Source: Nemertoderma westbladi
Taxonomy: Eukaryota; Animalia; Xenacoelomorpha
Direction: 5' to 3'
NCBI GenBank assembly: GCA_032718475.1
Contig: JAUCBJ010000099.1
Coordinates: 1 to 33,402, forward strand
DNA length: 33,402 nt
The notes under the pieces are model-generated. The model was not told where the DNA came from. It made no database searches and worked only from the letters and a program-made list of their open reading frames with translations. A program made the position numbers and the translations under genes. Of the stretch, positions 22,709 through 33,402 are shown piece by piece (the first letter of the stretch is position 1; each line of letters starts with the position of its first letter).

Positions 22709-22912
22709 CTCCTTCTCTTATCAACGAAGGCCGCTAGTCTCGGCGTGGATCTCTACGGCGCTAATCGGGTCCTCATCCTCGATGCATCCTGGAACCCCAC
22801 CGATGATGTCCAATCCATATTCCGTGTATATCGCTTCGGACAAACTCGACCGGTTTATATATACCGACTAGTTGCCAAGGGAACCATGGAAGAAAAAATA
22901 TACGATCGACAG
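22702..22912 (+). CDS. ATRX: ATRX-like helicase exon (motifs V-VI)
   Basis: ctccag| ... CAG|gtgaga; [66 protein letters not shown]. Confidence 0.95.
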
Positions 22913-23340
22913 GTGAGAAGGAGAACCGATTGGGCCAATAATATTACTAACGTAAATCTAAGATAACTTTTTGTTGGGCACAGCTTTTGCAAAGTCAGCA
23001 ATGACGTCCAGGTGGGATCGAACTGGTGACCTCCGGGTTGGAAGTGTCATTTGTGCAGAAGGGCATCATGAAATGGCCTTATGACCAGAATTTTAATTAA
23101 TGCGCATGTTTACAAATTCTGTAAAAAAACAGATTTTGCCATTTTTGACGTAAAATTTACACATTTAGTTAAATATTTCAGTTACAACAAAGAAAATTTA
23201 AAAAGTGGTCTTAGGGGGTCGGGTGTTAAGCCTAACCCAGTCATCTCCATCACTCTTGCCAAATTTCATACGAAGTTTCTTCATTTTTGGAAAAGTTTTA
23301 CATTTTGCAATTTAAAATTTGCATAATTCAGAAAAAGAGG

Positions 23341-23610
23341 TTCCACCTTGGTGTAGTGGTTGCATTGAATTCACATCTCCCGTAGGTCGTGGGTTCGATC
23401 CTCACATGGGCCAGGGCAGTTTTCGTTTCGGCACGAATGCTTTAAAGGGACCAGCCAGGGCGCATCTCTGCCTTGTATCCTTAAGTGGTAGCTAAATGAG
23501 TACTGGAGTTTCCTCTGGGGAGTAAAGTTCTGGGGGGACCGCACTGGAAATAAGTCGTCAGACTTTGTGCGCAATCCCTGGCCTTAGCGGCCGAAGAAAA
23601 TTTACTTTTT
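23341..23610 (+). mobile_element. tRNA-derived SINE, copy 2
   Basis: A box tggtgtagtgg, B box ggttcgatcc, ~200-bp non-tRNA body shared with 14026-14297, T-rich end. Confidence 0.85.
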
Positions 23611-24717
23611 TTATTTTAAAAAGGATTTAAAGTTTATGGTTAGTGTAATTGAATTAAAGGGGGAGGGGGGGGGGGGGGGGGGGAGCGGTTAGCACCCCCA
23701 AATTGAACCTCACATTTTGTAAATTAAGGAAAATTAATTTTGTGCTAATTTGGGCTGTTTACGAATAGCCAAACGAAAATTTTTAAAATTGGCCCCAAAT
23801 GACTTGAATGACTGAATGATTTGTTGAAATTTGTCGAAATTTAGAATATAAGTTCAGAAGACCCCTGCATCCCATTCTTTTGAACGTTTTTCGCTGAAAA
23901 TGGATTTTCTGCATTTTAGAAATAAAAGGCCTAAAAAGTGCTCTATGTGTGATTTTTTCATCTAAAAGTGCTCCAAAGGATTTTCAGCAAAATTTGTGAA
24001 CTGTCAAAAATGAATGAAATTCAGCGAAATGTTTCATCCTTGCTAAAAATATACCTAATAAAACAACTTTTTAGCAATTGTATTCATATCTGTACCTTGA
24101 GAGCCTTTTTGATGAAAAGGGCCTTTTCAAATGTAAAATATTGTGCTGCTCGAAGGCTTGTCAAAAATCAGACTAGCTGATTACGTTTTATGCTAATAAC
24201 TTGAGTTTGAGAAAGTATATGAGAAAGCTGTATGTAAATTTGAAATTTCCTAATAAATTCTGCTCATGATAGGATTAAAAAAAACATTTTTTTTTACAAT
24301 TTCAAGGGGGTGCCAACCCCCCCCCCACCCCCTAAAGGAAAAGATGCAGGTTACGTGTCTGTGTTTTGGAAAACAAAAACAAAAAACTTTATGTTATATG
24401 CGACCAATTTATAGTGCTAGAGATCATTTTTTTAATTGCGGTATTCACTAGCGTCAATTACAATTCATCGCAAGTAAGAACGGCGTGTAGTGACTGCGCT
24501 AACAGAATTGATAAAGTGGAATGCTTCGGGGAGGGGGTCCATTGGAAGCATAGTAACATAAATTACCAGTCATATGTAATCGTACGGGAAAATAAAATCG
24601 TACGGGAAAAATGATCTTGCAATTTTTAATATGCCCTAGAGAAAAGGAGAGTAAAGAGCGGGCGGATTAGGTGTTTCTCTATCCTCTTATGTTTACGTTT
24701 ACTAAATGTTATCCTAG

Positions 24718-24867
24718 GTAACCAAGCAGTCTTTGTCCCTGCGAGTAGTAGACCAGCACCAGATAGACCGACATTTCTCGGCCGATGAACTTCGAGATCT
24801 ATTGCAGTACAACAAGAACGACGTGTACGACCCGGAGAAAGGAAGCCCTATCCTAAAGCTTCCGCAG
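24718..24867 (+). CDS. ATRX: ATRX-like helicase exon
   Basis: cctag| ... CAG|gtaggt; VTKQSLSLRVVDQHQIDRHF resembles ATRX VTKQSLSFRVVDQQQVERHF. Confidence 0.92.
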
Positions 24868-25174
24868 GTAGGTGGTAATACGGCGAGCCTTCGGGGTTTT
24901 AACCATTTTTATGACGTTTGAATTTATTTGCTCTTACAATTTATTTTTATACATATTTTCATGGTGTTTCAATCGTAACTAATTACTATAGTTGCCTCCA
25001 AATTATACTAATTAAGTCGTTACGGGTCATTACATATTCGAATATCATGTGAATGGAATATGGTATTAATGGTATTTGAGTGCAGGAGTTATCCAAGAAT
25101 TGTTCATGTGTTACGGAATTTCAAAAGGAGTTTAGTGTTTTCAGTAACTAACCATGATAATATTGCCTGCATAG

Positions 25175-25298
25175 GATCCCATACTGAAGGAAATACTAGC
25201 GTCTCGCCAAAACTTGGTTTCTAACTACCACGAACACGATAGCCTACTGATAAACCGAGCTGATGATACATTAACTCAGGACGAAATGAAAGCCGCAT
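25175..25298 (+). CDS. ATRX: ATRX-like helicase exon (last visible)
   Basis: catag| ... T|gtgagt; DPILKEIL...YHEHDSLL...LTQDEMKAA resembles ATRX YHEHDSLL...LTEEERKAAW. Confidence 0.88.
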
Positions 25299-25932
25299 GT
25301 GAGTTGAGCTGAGCGGAGCGTAATTAATTGATATAAGTTCTTTGTTCTCGTCCCATAGCAATGGTTCTTCCACCTCAGTAACAAATGCATTCATTTTATG
25401 CGCAGCGATTTATTATATGATTATAATTGTCCGTTTAGGTGGCGTTTTTGTATGCAAGTATCCCCCTCCCCCCACCATGGTAGCGCATCGATCATTCCTT
25501 TAATTCCATAATAGTTCCCAATGTGAACTACTTGGCAAGGTAGAGAGAATGCCTTTGACCAAGTGAAGGCCCCTTCACCATTTCGTAGTATACTATAAAC
25601 TCTAACAATACAAGGCCGCGTATAGGCCGCAGCTATGTAGGCGGGATGGCCACTCTCTGCGATGCCTTTGTTGTGCGGATATGAGATGTCTTCCCATTTC
25701 CAGCGGCCTGCCAGCAGGCAACCTCGGCGTGCCAGGTTACCATGACTGCCAATAATAAACAATCTATGTTACCTAAGACGAGGATCCTTAACAAACTTAC
25801 TGTACTACTTAATATCTTACAGTTAATATATTAATTTTATATTATATTTACTTGATATTTTATTTAAACGAACATTAATTTGTTGGTGGGAATCGTGTTG
25901 TATAATTGGATGCAGCGAGTTGAATAGGATAA

Positions 25933-28900
25933 ATGGAAATGGATGATTCTATGGATTTCGAGGTTGGTGGTCGAAGTTTATTAACTCAGAACCTGGAACT
26001 CCGACGTAAACTGGACGAGGAACACACGGCCTACAGGTCAAAGGTCCACACCTACCAGGATGGTCAGCAAAAGCAGGCTCAGCTCGTGCAGAAACTACAG
26101 AATAAGGTGCTACAATACAAACGCCGCTGTCAGGATTTGGAGACAGACCTTGCTGGAAGGAGCCACGACTCAGAACGTGCGAGAATGGAACTTGAGACTA
26201 CCCACACGGCGTTGTGTTCCCGCCTTGAGACCGCCGAGGCGCGTCTACGAAATGCTGAAGAGGAGCATAACACCGACTTGGAGAGAGCCTTGATGAAACT
26301 CGAAGAGGAACAGACGCGCTGCACCCAGTTAACGCAGATTAACCACATGCTAAGGGAGCAACTGGATCAGGTAAATGGGTCCAATCAGAGTTTGACAAGC
26401 GATATCAACCGCTTAACCAACGAGTGGCAGAGAACCAAGAACGATCTCGATAAGAGGGAAGTTCGTTTCAAGGAAGAGGAGACGAGTTTCAATGAGTATT
26501 ACAACACTGAGCACGCGAGGTTGCTTGGCCTTTGGAGGAGTGTCGTATCCTTTAAAAGGAATTTCAATGAATTAAAAAGTTCTACTGAACGGGATCTTCA
26601 CCAAGTGAAAAATGAAGTGCAACGAGCTTCCAAGAGTGTGCAATCCGCATGCATGAATCTCGGTTCAACCATACGCCATACCGAGAGCGACCATCATGTT
26701 AGCCTGGAGAAGGAACGCTATGATAGACATCAGTTGGAAGAACAGTTAGGCGAGAAGGCGAAACATTTGATGGATACTCAGATGCGATATGACGAGGAGA
26801 GATCACAGTACAATTCTAAGATTAATGAATTGTCTGCTCTCTGTGAAAAATACCGAACACAGCTTCACGATAAGGATCATCAATTTGAAGTGTACAAGAA
26901 GACAATGGCAGATCAATTAGAAGCTCTTCCTGCTGAAGATCCATTGGTCGGTGAGTTAAATAGGAAGGTCAATACATTGCAGAAAAGTCTTCGCGATATT
27001 GAGCGTCTAGCCGGAGAAGAACCACCATCGTTAGCTGATAGTGGTGATAGTCTACAAGCGACGTCTGCTGAGGTTGAAGCTGCTCTTCATCGTCATCGGT
27101 CAACCAGCAGGTCTCCTGGTCGTGGTAGGGGTCGCAGTCAATCACCTGGTCACGGATTGGTTCGTGGAGATGTGAATGCCTTTGGTGCTGTCCAATCCGC
27201 CTTCCAAAGGAAGCAATCCCAATTAATGGAGGCCAATTCGCGATTGCATCATTCAGAAGAGCAAATAATGTCACTCAAATTACGTTTGGAAGATGGAGAC
27301 AGGTCCAGGTTATACTTAGAGGAACAGATTCAACATATAAAGGATGAATTAATGTCAGCTCAGAGAAAGACAGATGATGAGAGGCGAGATAAAGATAGGT
27401 TTAGGGCTTTGGTTGAACAAACGGGCACTGATAAGTCTAACTTAGAAATCAATAAAATACAGCTTCAACAACAAGTTGAGGTATTTACAACCGAAATCGA
27501 TCAACTTCGGCAAGTTAACAGCAGTGTCCAAAGGGACCGTGATCACCTAGAAGAAGAGAAGGAGGATATAGTGAAAGACAATCATAGGCATCTAGCTGAG
27601 ATTGAAAGAAGCCATAAACAGAATGAGTGTCTTGAGGTAAAGAACAGTTCTTTGAAAGAAGATATATCTTCATTAAAAGAATCCTTGAAAAAAGCCACAA
27701 TGGAGAAGGAAATTCTAGGTCAAGATAAGAAGGATCTAAGAGGCAGTTTATCTAAAGCTGAGTTGCAGAGAGCCGAATTGGAGTTAGCTATTAATAGGAT
27801 GAGATCTGAAGAGGCTGGTTTGAGAGATGCTCTACTTAAAATGCAATCATTAAATGAGGGATTAGGCCATGATAAGATTGAGTTAAACAAACTAATCATG
27901 ATGATTGAGCAAGAAAAAGTGTCTGTTTCTTGTGAAAAGGCTGAAGTCGAAGCTGAGAAATCCGCTCTTCGTGAAGAATTGCTCCATATTGAACAGGAGA
28001 AGATGGATGTCGAAAACGAGCGTGCAGGCTTACACCATAGCCTCCAATTGTCTGAGATGAGCCGTGATAAGGTTGAGCAAGAACTTAGCATGGTTAGAAG
28101 GGAAAAATCTGATGTTCAAGAAGGTTTGAGCCAAGTAGGACGTCAAAAGCAACAGGTGTCTGATGAATTATTGGTTACTAGACGCGAAGTGGAAAGACAA
28201 AGTGATCAAGTCGTCAGAATTGCTAAAGAAAAGGAAGAAATTATGAGAGAGAAAGCCAATTTAATAGTCCAGCTTACATCTTCTGAGAGAGAAAACCGTC
28301 AACTTGGAGAAATAATATCAGGATTAAAATGTGACAAGGAGAGTTTGGATGGTAGCCTTTATGATCTTCAAAAAACGCTGGCTGGTTTGGAATCTTTGAA
28401 AACCGGCCTAGAAAGCGATAAACAGGAGCTACAATTTCGATTGGAAGCATTGAATTGCGATATCGAACGACTGAAAAAAGAGCATGAAATTATTGTGAAT
28501 AAATATGAAAAGAATTATGAATTGCTTAGCCATAAATTATCACAAGTTGACAGAGATGGACAGATTTCATTAAAGAAAGAGAAGCAGGCACATGAAGAAG
28601 ACATTCACCGTCTACTCTCTGAGAAGGAATCACTTAGACAACAGACTGATGTTGAGAAAGCCAACCTTCAGCACAAATATACAGGTGAGAGAGAAAGTTT
28701 GATAGCAAGTCATCAACGAGTTCTCACAGAGCTTAACGACGATATTAATGCTATTCAGAGAGACAGGGATGAAAGCCTACTTATGGCGGAAAATGACAAA
28801 CAGCAAGCTCTTAGTATGATGGACAGTGAGAAACAAAGAATTGTGGAGAAATTAAACAATGCTAATAGGGAAATAAGTGTCATGTCTGAACACATGGATC

Positions 28901-31830
28901 ATACAAAACGTGAGCACAATTTGAAATTTGAGCAAGACAGGCAAACTATTAATAACCTTCAAACTGAGTTGAAGGACTCGAGAGGACAATATGATGATGT
29001 ATTGAGCAAACATGAGAAGGAAACTATAAATTGGAATATTCAACTCAAGGAAATTCATAAACACAAAGAACAGGTTATCAAAGAAATTGCAGATTTAAAA
29101 GTTCAGTTGAAAATGGTTGAAGAAGCCAGGGATAGTGTTAGAAGGGAGCTTATTGAGGCTCACAGAAAAATTAGGGAAGGTGATGAGGCCAGGGAATTGG
29201 TTAGGAAGAATAATCAAGAGTTAAAGATGACACTGAATGTTGAAATACATGAGAAGGACCAGGCTCACCTAGCCAATGAGGAATTAAGAAAGAATATGAA
29301 GCAATTAGAAGCAGAGAGGTCAATGTTGGAACGCGATTGTGCTGAACGAGGTCAGAAAATTGCAATATTGGAAGAATCGAAATGCAGCATAGAGAAAGAA
29401 GCAACTGAGCTGAGGAACAGTTTGAGGGAAGTAGAAAAATCGCGGTTGGAAGCTCGAAGGGAACTCCAAGAGCTTAGGAGGCAAGTGAAGCTGTTAGATT
29501 CCGACATAGCTAGGAAATCTCAAGAAGGGGTGTCTCTTCAAAATGCTTTGGCGCGTATGGAAGACCGTGAAGAAGAACTCCGCGTGCAGTACCATAGCTT
29601 GAAAACAAAACTTGTTGATTCAGAATCGTCAAGAGAAGAAGCTAGGAAGGAAATTTCCCATTTGACACGAAATTTGTCTGAACTTGAAGAAGAGTTGAGA
29701 CTTAGAGAAAAAGATTTCCATAACTCCCTGAATGAAGCTAGAAGCTGTGAACGACGTGCTGCTGAGAAAATACACAACTTAGAAGGTATACTTGATACAG
29801 CAAATAATGAAATAGGGGATCTGAAATTGCAACTTAGTGCTGCAGATGGTAAAATAAATGGTCTTGAAGCGCAGGTGGCTAATTTGGAATGCACAAAGAG
29901 AGATGTTGAGTTTAAGCTTAGTCAACTTTATTCCACTATTAGAAGAACGATTGGAGTTCCTAGTCATCCACCCAGACCACGTAGTCCCAGTCCTAAGAGA
30001 TCTCGTAGTCAGTCTCCAACAAAGATTGATCAATCTGAGGGTCTTCGTTCTACAACACCATTGAGAACATGGTCACCTTCTCGATTGGAAAAGTATGTCA
30101 CAGATATTGACACAGAAGATGTTAAGGTCTCTTTGAAAGAATTCGTTCAGCATCTTAAAGAAACAGAAAGGGAGAGAGACCAGGGTCTTTTGGCTTTGGA
30201 GCAAGCTGGGCATAGAATCTCGGATCTCGAGGTGGCTAAACATCATTTGGATGAAAGGCTACAAATGGTTCAGCGATCTCTTGGTGAGGCGGAAGAAGGA
30301 AAACGTGGTCTCGACAGCAAATTGAGCAGCGCCCAGACTGCGCTGATGTTGCAGGAGGAGACGATTAGACGAGCTGAAAGAGAAAAATGTAACTTAACAG
30401 AGCAGCTGCATGACAACCAACGGCTTGCTGTCGGTCTGGAGACTGACCGTCGTCATCTTGAAGAACAGATACAGAAGCTGAAGGAAAGTGAAAACAAACT
30501 GGAAACCGACAAGAAACATCTCAGGGACGCGCTGGATGACGGGGAACAACGTTTGGTTAAGTTGGAGTTGACAAGGAGAAGTTTGGAAGGTGAATGGCAA
30601 CGAGAGAGGTTGAGTGCTAATGACAAAGCTACTGAATTGCAAGTTACGAAAGACAGGATCGAACAACTTCATAGTCAGGTTCGGGATAAAGAGGAACATG
30701 GCGGGCAGCTTCAGTTACAGTTGGAACGTTATGAGATGGCACTAAACAAAGGCTCAGATGACGCACAACAGCTGAGAAACAGATTGAGCCACCTTGAGTC
30801 AGTAATAAATGACCACAACGTCCTTTCCATAACACAACAGGACAAGATCGGTCAATTACAGAAGGCTCTCACACAAAGTGATCAAGACAAACTAGTAATT
30901 CAACAGAGTCTAGAAACAACACGACAAGCCCTGTCTGATGCAAAACATGAAGTTCATAAATTAGCTCAGAAGGTTCAAGAATTAAGCAATCAAGTCGCCG
31001 ATGCCGACGTGAGGAAATTGGAATTGGAGAGCCAACTGAAAAATAGCCAGACCATGTTGAGGCAGAGACAAGAAGTTGAAGATGATATTCTTGGGCGTGT
31101 TGCTAAGTTACAGGAAGAAAAACGTAGTATCATGGAGAGATTGCAATTGACAGAGAGGTCAGCTGATGCTTTGGAAAAAGAGAAATCGAAATGGGCACAT
31201 AGTGCTCAGAAACTTGAGAAGGACAAGAACATGTTGAAGAAGACATTGAACAAGGTTGAGCGAGAGAAGTTCGAGACAGAAGAAATAGCTACTCGCACTG
31301 CTGTTGATAAATCCTGCCTTGATCGATCCGTAGGAGAATTACATCAGGATAATGTGGAAATGCAGAAACAGATTGGTGACCTAAACAAGGAGCTGTCAAG
31401 CATCGAACACATTCACTCTCAGAGGCTGATGGAGTTGAACCGACGTCACAAACAGGAGTTGGAGATGGAGCACGAGCGAATCCGGGCGACACATATGAAC
31501 ACGGAGAAGGTACAAGAGATGCGAGACCGCTCCCACAAGCAGAGGATACAGGAGTTGGAGCTGCAAATGGCAAAGGTAAAGGAGCAACAAATTTACGATC
31601 TCAAACGGAAGACGCAGCATATAACATCGCGAGCCACGCACGATGCCAGCGATATGCGCGCGGTTCGCGCAGCTTTGGATGATAGTCTTCACATGCACCA
31701 CCACCACCACACTCCGGTGCATCACCACCATTCTCCGTCCCCACATCGCAGCTCCCGTCTACCTTTACGTAAACCAGTCGGCATCAGATCAGCTACTCCC
31801 CCTATTAGACTCTCCTCGCACAAGAAGTAA
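25933..31830 (+). CDS. CROCC: Rootletin (ciliary rootlet coiled-coil protein)-like, single-exon, 1965 aa
   Basis: N-terminal YQDGQQKQAQLVQKLQNKVLQYKRRCQDLE, RLLGLWRSVVSFKR, LREVEKSRLEARRELQELRRQVK and SAQTALMLQEETIRR match recalled rootletin motifs; long heptad coiled coil. Confidence 0.92.
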   Translation: MEMDDSMDFEVGGRSLLTQNLELRRKLDEEHTAYRSKVHTYQDGQQKQAQLVQKLQNKVLQYKRRCQDLETDLAGRSHDSERARMELETTHTALCSRLETAEARLRNAEEEHNTDLERALMKLEEEQTRCTQLTQINHMLREQLDQVNGSNQSLTSDINRLTNEWQRTKNDLDKREVRFKEEETSFNEYYNTEHARLLGLWRSVVSFKRNFNELKSSTERDLHQVKNEVQRASKSVQSACMNLGSTIRHTESDHHVSLEKERYDRHQLEEQLGEKAKHLMDTQMRYDEERSQYNSKINELSALCEKYRTQLHDKDHQFEVYKKTMADQLEALPAEDPLVGELNRKVNTLQKSLRDIERLAGEEPPSLADSGDSLQATSAEVEAALHRHRSTSRSPGRGRGRSQSPGHGLVRGDVNAFGAVQSAFQRKQSQLMEANSRLHHSEEQIMSLKLRLEDGDRSRLYLEEQIQHIKDELMSAQRKTDDERRDKDRFRALVEQTGTDKSNLEINKIQLQQQVEVFTTEIDQLRQVNSSVQRDRDHLEEEKEDIVKDNHRHLAEIERSHKQNECLEVKNSSLKEDISSLKESLKKATMEKEILGQDKKDLRGSLSKAELQRAELELAINRMRSEEAGLRDALLKMQSLNEGLGHDKIELNKLIMMIEQEKVSVSCEKAEVEAEKSALREELLHIEQEKMDVENERAGLHHSLQLSEMSRDKVEQELSMVRREKSDVQEGLSQVGRQKQQVSDELLVTRREVERQSDQVVRIAKEKEEIMREKANLIVQLTSSERENRQLGEIISGLKCDKESLDGSLYDLQKTLAGLESLKTGLESDKQELQFRLEALNCDIERLKKEHEIIVNKYEKNYELLSHKLSQVDRDGQISLKKEKQAHEEDIHRLLSEKESLRQQTDVEKANLQHKYTGERESLIASHQRVLTELNDDINAIQRDRDESLLMAENDKQQALSMMDSEKQRIVEKLNNANREISVMSEHMDHTKREHNLKFEQDRQTINNLQTELKDSRGQYDDVLSKHEKETINWNIQLKEIHKHKEQVIKEIADLKVQLKMVEEARDSVRRELIEAHRKIREGDEARELVRKNNQELKMTLNVEIHEKDQAHLANEELRKNMKQLEAERSMLERDCAERGQKIAILEESKCSIEKEATELRNSLREVEKSRLEARRELQELRRQVKLLDSDIARKSQEGVSLQNALARMEDREEELRVQYHSLKTKLVDSESSREEARKEISHLTRNLSELEEELRLREKDFHNSLNEARSCERRAAEKIHNLEGILDTANNEIGDLKLQLSAADGKINGLEAQVANLECTKRDVEFKLSQLYSTIRRTIGVPSHPPRPRSPSPKRSRSQSPTKIDQSEGLRSTTPLRTWSPSRLEKYVTDIDTEDVKVSLKEFVQHLKETERERDQGLLALEQAGHRISDLEVAKHHLDERLQMVQRSLGEAEEGKRGLDSKLSSAQTALMLQEETIRRAEREKCNLTEQLHDNQRLAVGLETDRRHLEEQIQKLKESENKLETDKKHLRDALDDGEQRLVKLELTRRSLEGEWQRERLSANDKATELQVTKDRIEQLHSQVRDKEEHGGQLQLQLERYEMALNKGSDDAQQLRNRLSHLESVINDHNVLSITQQDKIGQLQKALTQSDQDKLVIQQSLETTRQALSDAKHEVHKLAQKVQELSNQVADADVRKLELESQLKNSQTMLRQRQEVEDDILGRVAKLQEEKRSIMERLQLTERSADALEKEKSKWAHSAQKLEKDKNMLKKTLNKVEREKFETEEIATRTAVDKSCLDRSVGELHQDNVEMQKQIGDLNKELSSIEHIHSQRLMELNRRHKQELEMEHERIRATHMNTEKVQEMRDRSHKQRIQELELQMAKVKEQQIYDLKRKTQHITSRATHDASDMRAVRAALDDSLHMHHHHHTPVHHHHSPSPHRSSRLPLRKPVGIRSATPPIRLSSHKK

Positions 31831-31992
31831 ACACCGAAGGTGCCCGCGAGTATTCTTAGCCTGCGAGTATTCTTGGCCCTTGGGTATTCTTAGCCTGCCA
31901 AACGATAACGTTTATTGTTTTGGTTCCCCCAATACTCCTCTGAAACCTGCTCCTTTACTAAACTGCTCCTTTACTAACCTGCTCGCCCCTTT

Positions 31993-32578
31993 ACTGTCTG
32001 CACCAGTCTGCCAGTGTCTGTACCACTGTCTGCACCAGTGTCTGCACCTCTGTCTGCACCACTGTCTGCACCAGTGTCTGCACCACTGTCTGCACCAGTG
32101 TCTGCACCACTGTCTGCACCAGGTGTCTGCACCACTCTCTGCTCCACTGTCTGCACCAGTGTCTGCACCACTGTATCTGCACCACTGTCTGCACCACTGT
32201 CTGCGCCACTGTCTGCACCACTGTCTGCACCACTGTCTGCACCAGCTGTCTGCACCACTCTCTGCTCCACTGCCTGCACCACTGCCTGCACCACTGTATC
32301 TGCACCACTGTCTGCACCACTGTCTGCAGCCACTGTCTGCACCACTGTCTGCACCACTGTCTGCACCACTGCCTGCACCACTGTCTGCACCACTGTCTGC
32401 ACCAGTGTTTGCACCACTGTCTGCACCACTGTCTGCACCAATGTCTGCACCAATGTCTGCACAACTGTCTGCACCAGTGCGTGCACCACGTACTGTCTGC
32501 ACCAGGTGTCTGCACCACTGTCTGCATCACTGTCTGCACCACTGTCTGCACCACTGTCTGCTCTGCACCAGTGTCTGC
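31993..32578. repeat. 12-bp minisatellite (actgtctgcacc), ~48 copies, downstream of the rootletin stop
   Basis: Directly visible. Confidence 0.95.
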
Positions 32579-32729
32579 TTAACGTTTACACTCCAAAATT
32601 AATTAGTACAACGATGGACAGATTGATTAGTCTTACTGTCTTCTGGTCTTAGTTCAATCATAGCTTACTGTCTTCTGGTCGTAGCTCAATCAGTCAATGT
32701 AATACTTGGAATATTTAGCAAAGTTTGCT

Positions 32730-32828
32730 CCGGGCTTCTGCAGTATCAATTGCAGAAGCCGAACCGAACCGAAATTGCCAAACTTCGGCCCGAACCGAAC
32801 CGAAGCCGAAGCTTCTGTTGAACCCTAC
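32730..32828. mobile_element. Probable right end of a hAT-like MITE
   Basis: Clustered ccgaa motifs, palindrome ggcttctgca..tgcagaagcc, terminal gaacccta. Confidence 0.4.
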
Positions 32829-32879
32829 TCAGGAACATTTGGCACATCAGAAAACATCTAACAGAAGATAATATAAAAC

Positions 32880-33402
32880 GATTAATCAACTCATTAGTTA
32901 TTTCGAGATTGGATATGAACAATAGTTTACTGTATGCTCTACCCGATGAATCTCTTAGCCGACTTCAGATTGCTTTAAATTCATGCGCTAGAATTATTAC
33001 CGGTACCAAGTACCAATACTCCCAGACTATCCCACATAACGCCAATTCTAAAATCCTTACACTGGCTGCCAATATCTGAATATCATCAAGAATTGAATAC
33101 AAAATTGCAACCAGGAAAGCACTCAATAATAAAGCACCTGCCAACATTTTGGATCTACTTACACCAAATTATTCTACTACAAGAACTGACTACCTCTGGA
33201 CCCTTAAAGTTCCCCGTTATTACGGAGCTCGCTGCTTTTCGATCGCCGCCCCCAACAGTATTCAACAGTCTACCCCTGGAACTCGGAACTGCAACCAACT
33301 ACAAGGTTTTCTGCCACGGATTAAAAACTGATTTATTTTCATGTGCATACCCTAAGTAAGATTTGTTTTAAAGCGCCTTTGAACTGGCATTTAGGTAAGG
33401 CG
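32880..33402 (+). mobile_element. Decayed L2-like LINE 3' end
   Basis: Frameshifted RLQIALNSCARIITG, RIEYKI, LKVPRYYGARCFSIAAP, NSLPLEL..LKTDLFSCAY, followed by the gcgcctt...aaggcg terminal stem-loop. Confidence 0.78.

Noticed and set aside
23341-23415. tRNA gene
   Set aside because: The cloverleaf is poor, and the sequence continues into a body shared with a second dispersed copy, so it is a SINE.
23655-24335. Possible MITE bounded by inverted G-run/gcaccccc motifs
   Set aside because: The match is short and low-complexity, with no clear termini or target duplication.
25298-25933. ATRX-rootletin spliced fusion
   Set aside because: The two AGs just upstream of the rootletin ATG give immediate stops in phase 1 (T|GA; T|CG AGT TGA).
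26060-31746. Short alternative-frame and antisense ORFs within rootletin (and likewise within the RT)
   Set aside because: Shadow ORFs of long coding sequences, with no recognisable motifs.
31643-32652. Cys/His-rich or antifreeze-like ORFs on both strands
   Set aside because: These are stop-free translations of a 12-bp minisatellite, open in most frames, with frame-switching indels.

Overview
Eukaryotic window, most likely from an invertebrate animal, that is intron-rich and repeat-rich. (1) The + strand carries eight spliced coding exons (7543-25298) of the C-terminal half of an ATRX-like SNF2 helicase. The gene appears to start left of the window and to continue past its last visible exon. 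(2) The - strand carries a secreted ShKT-domain gene (a signal-peptide exon plus two duplicated phase-1 ShKT exons, 4583-2523), apparently nested antisense in an ATRX intron. (3) An intronless 1965-aa rootletin (CROCC-like) ORF lies at 25933-31830. (4) Mobile elements include two near-identical young RTE-type LINE copies, decayed RT relics, a CRE-type REL-endonuclease fragment, an L2-like 3' end, two tRNA-derived SINE copies, two foldback elements and a 1-kb palindromic MITE. The most unusual signal is that both large minisatellites (44-bp and 39-bp units) are amplified copies of this gene's own 3' splice sites. A 5'-truncated LINE RT has landed in the 39-bp array in the ATRX reading frame, so alternative acceptor choice could yield an ATRX-repeat-RT fusion. 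All calls come from reading the sequence and from recalled family motifs; no searches were run.
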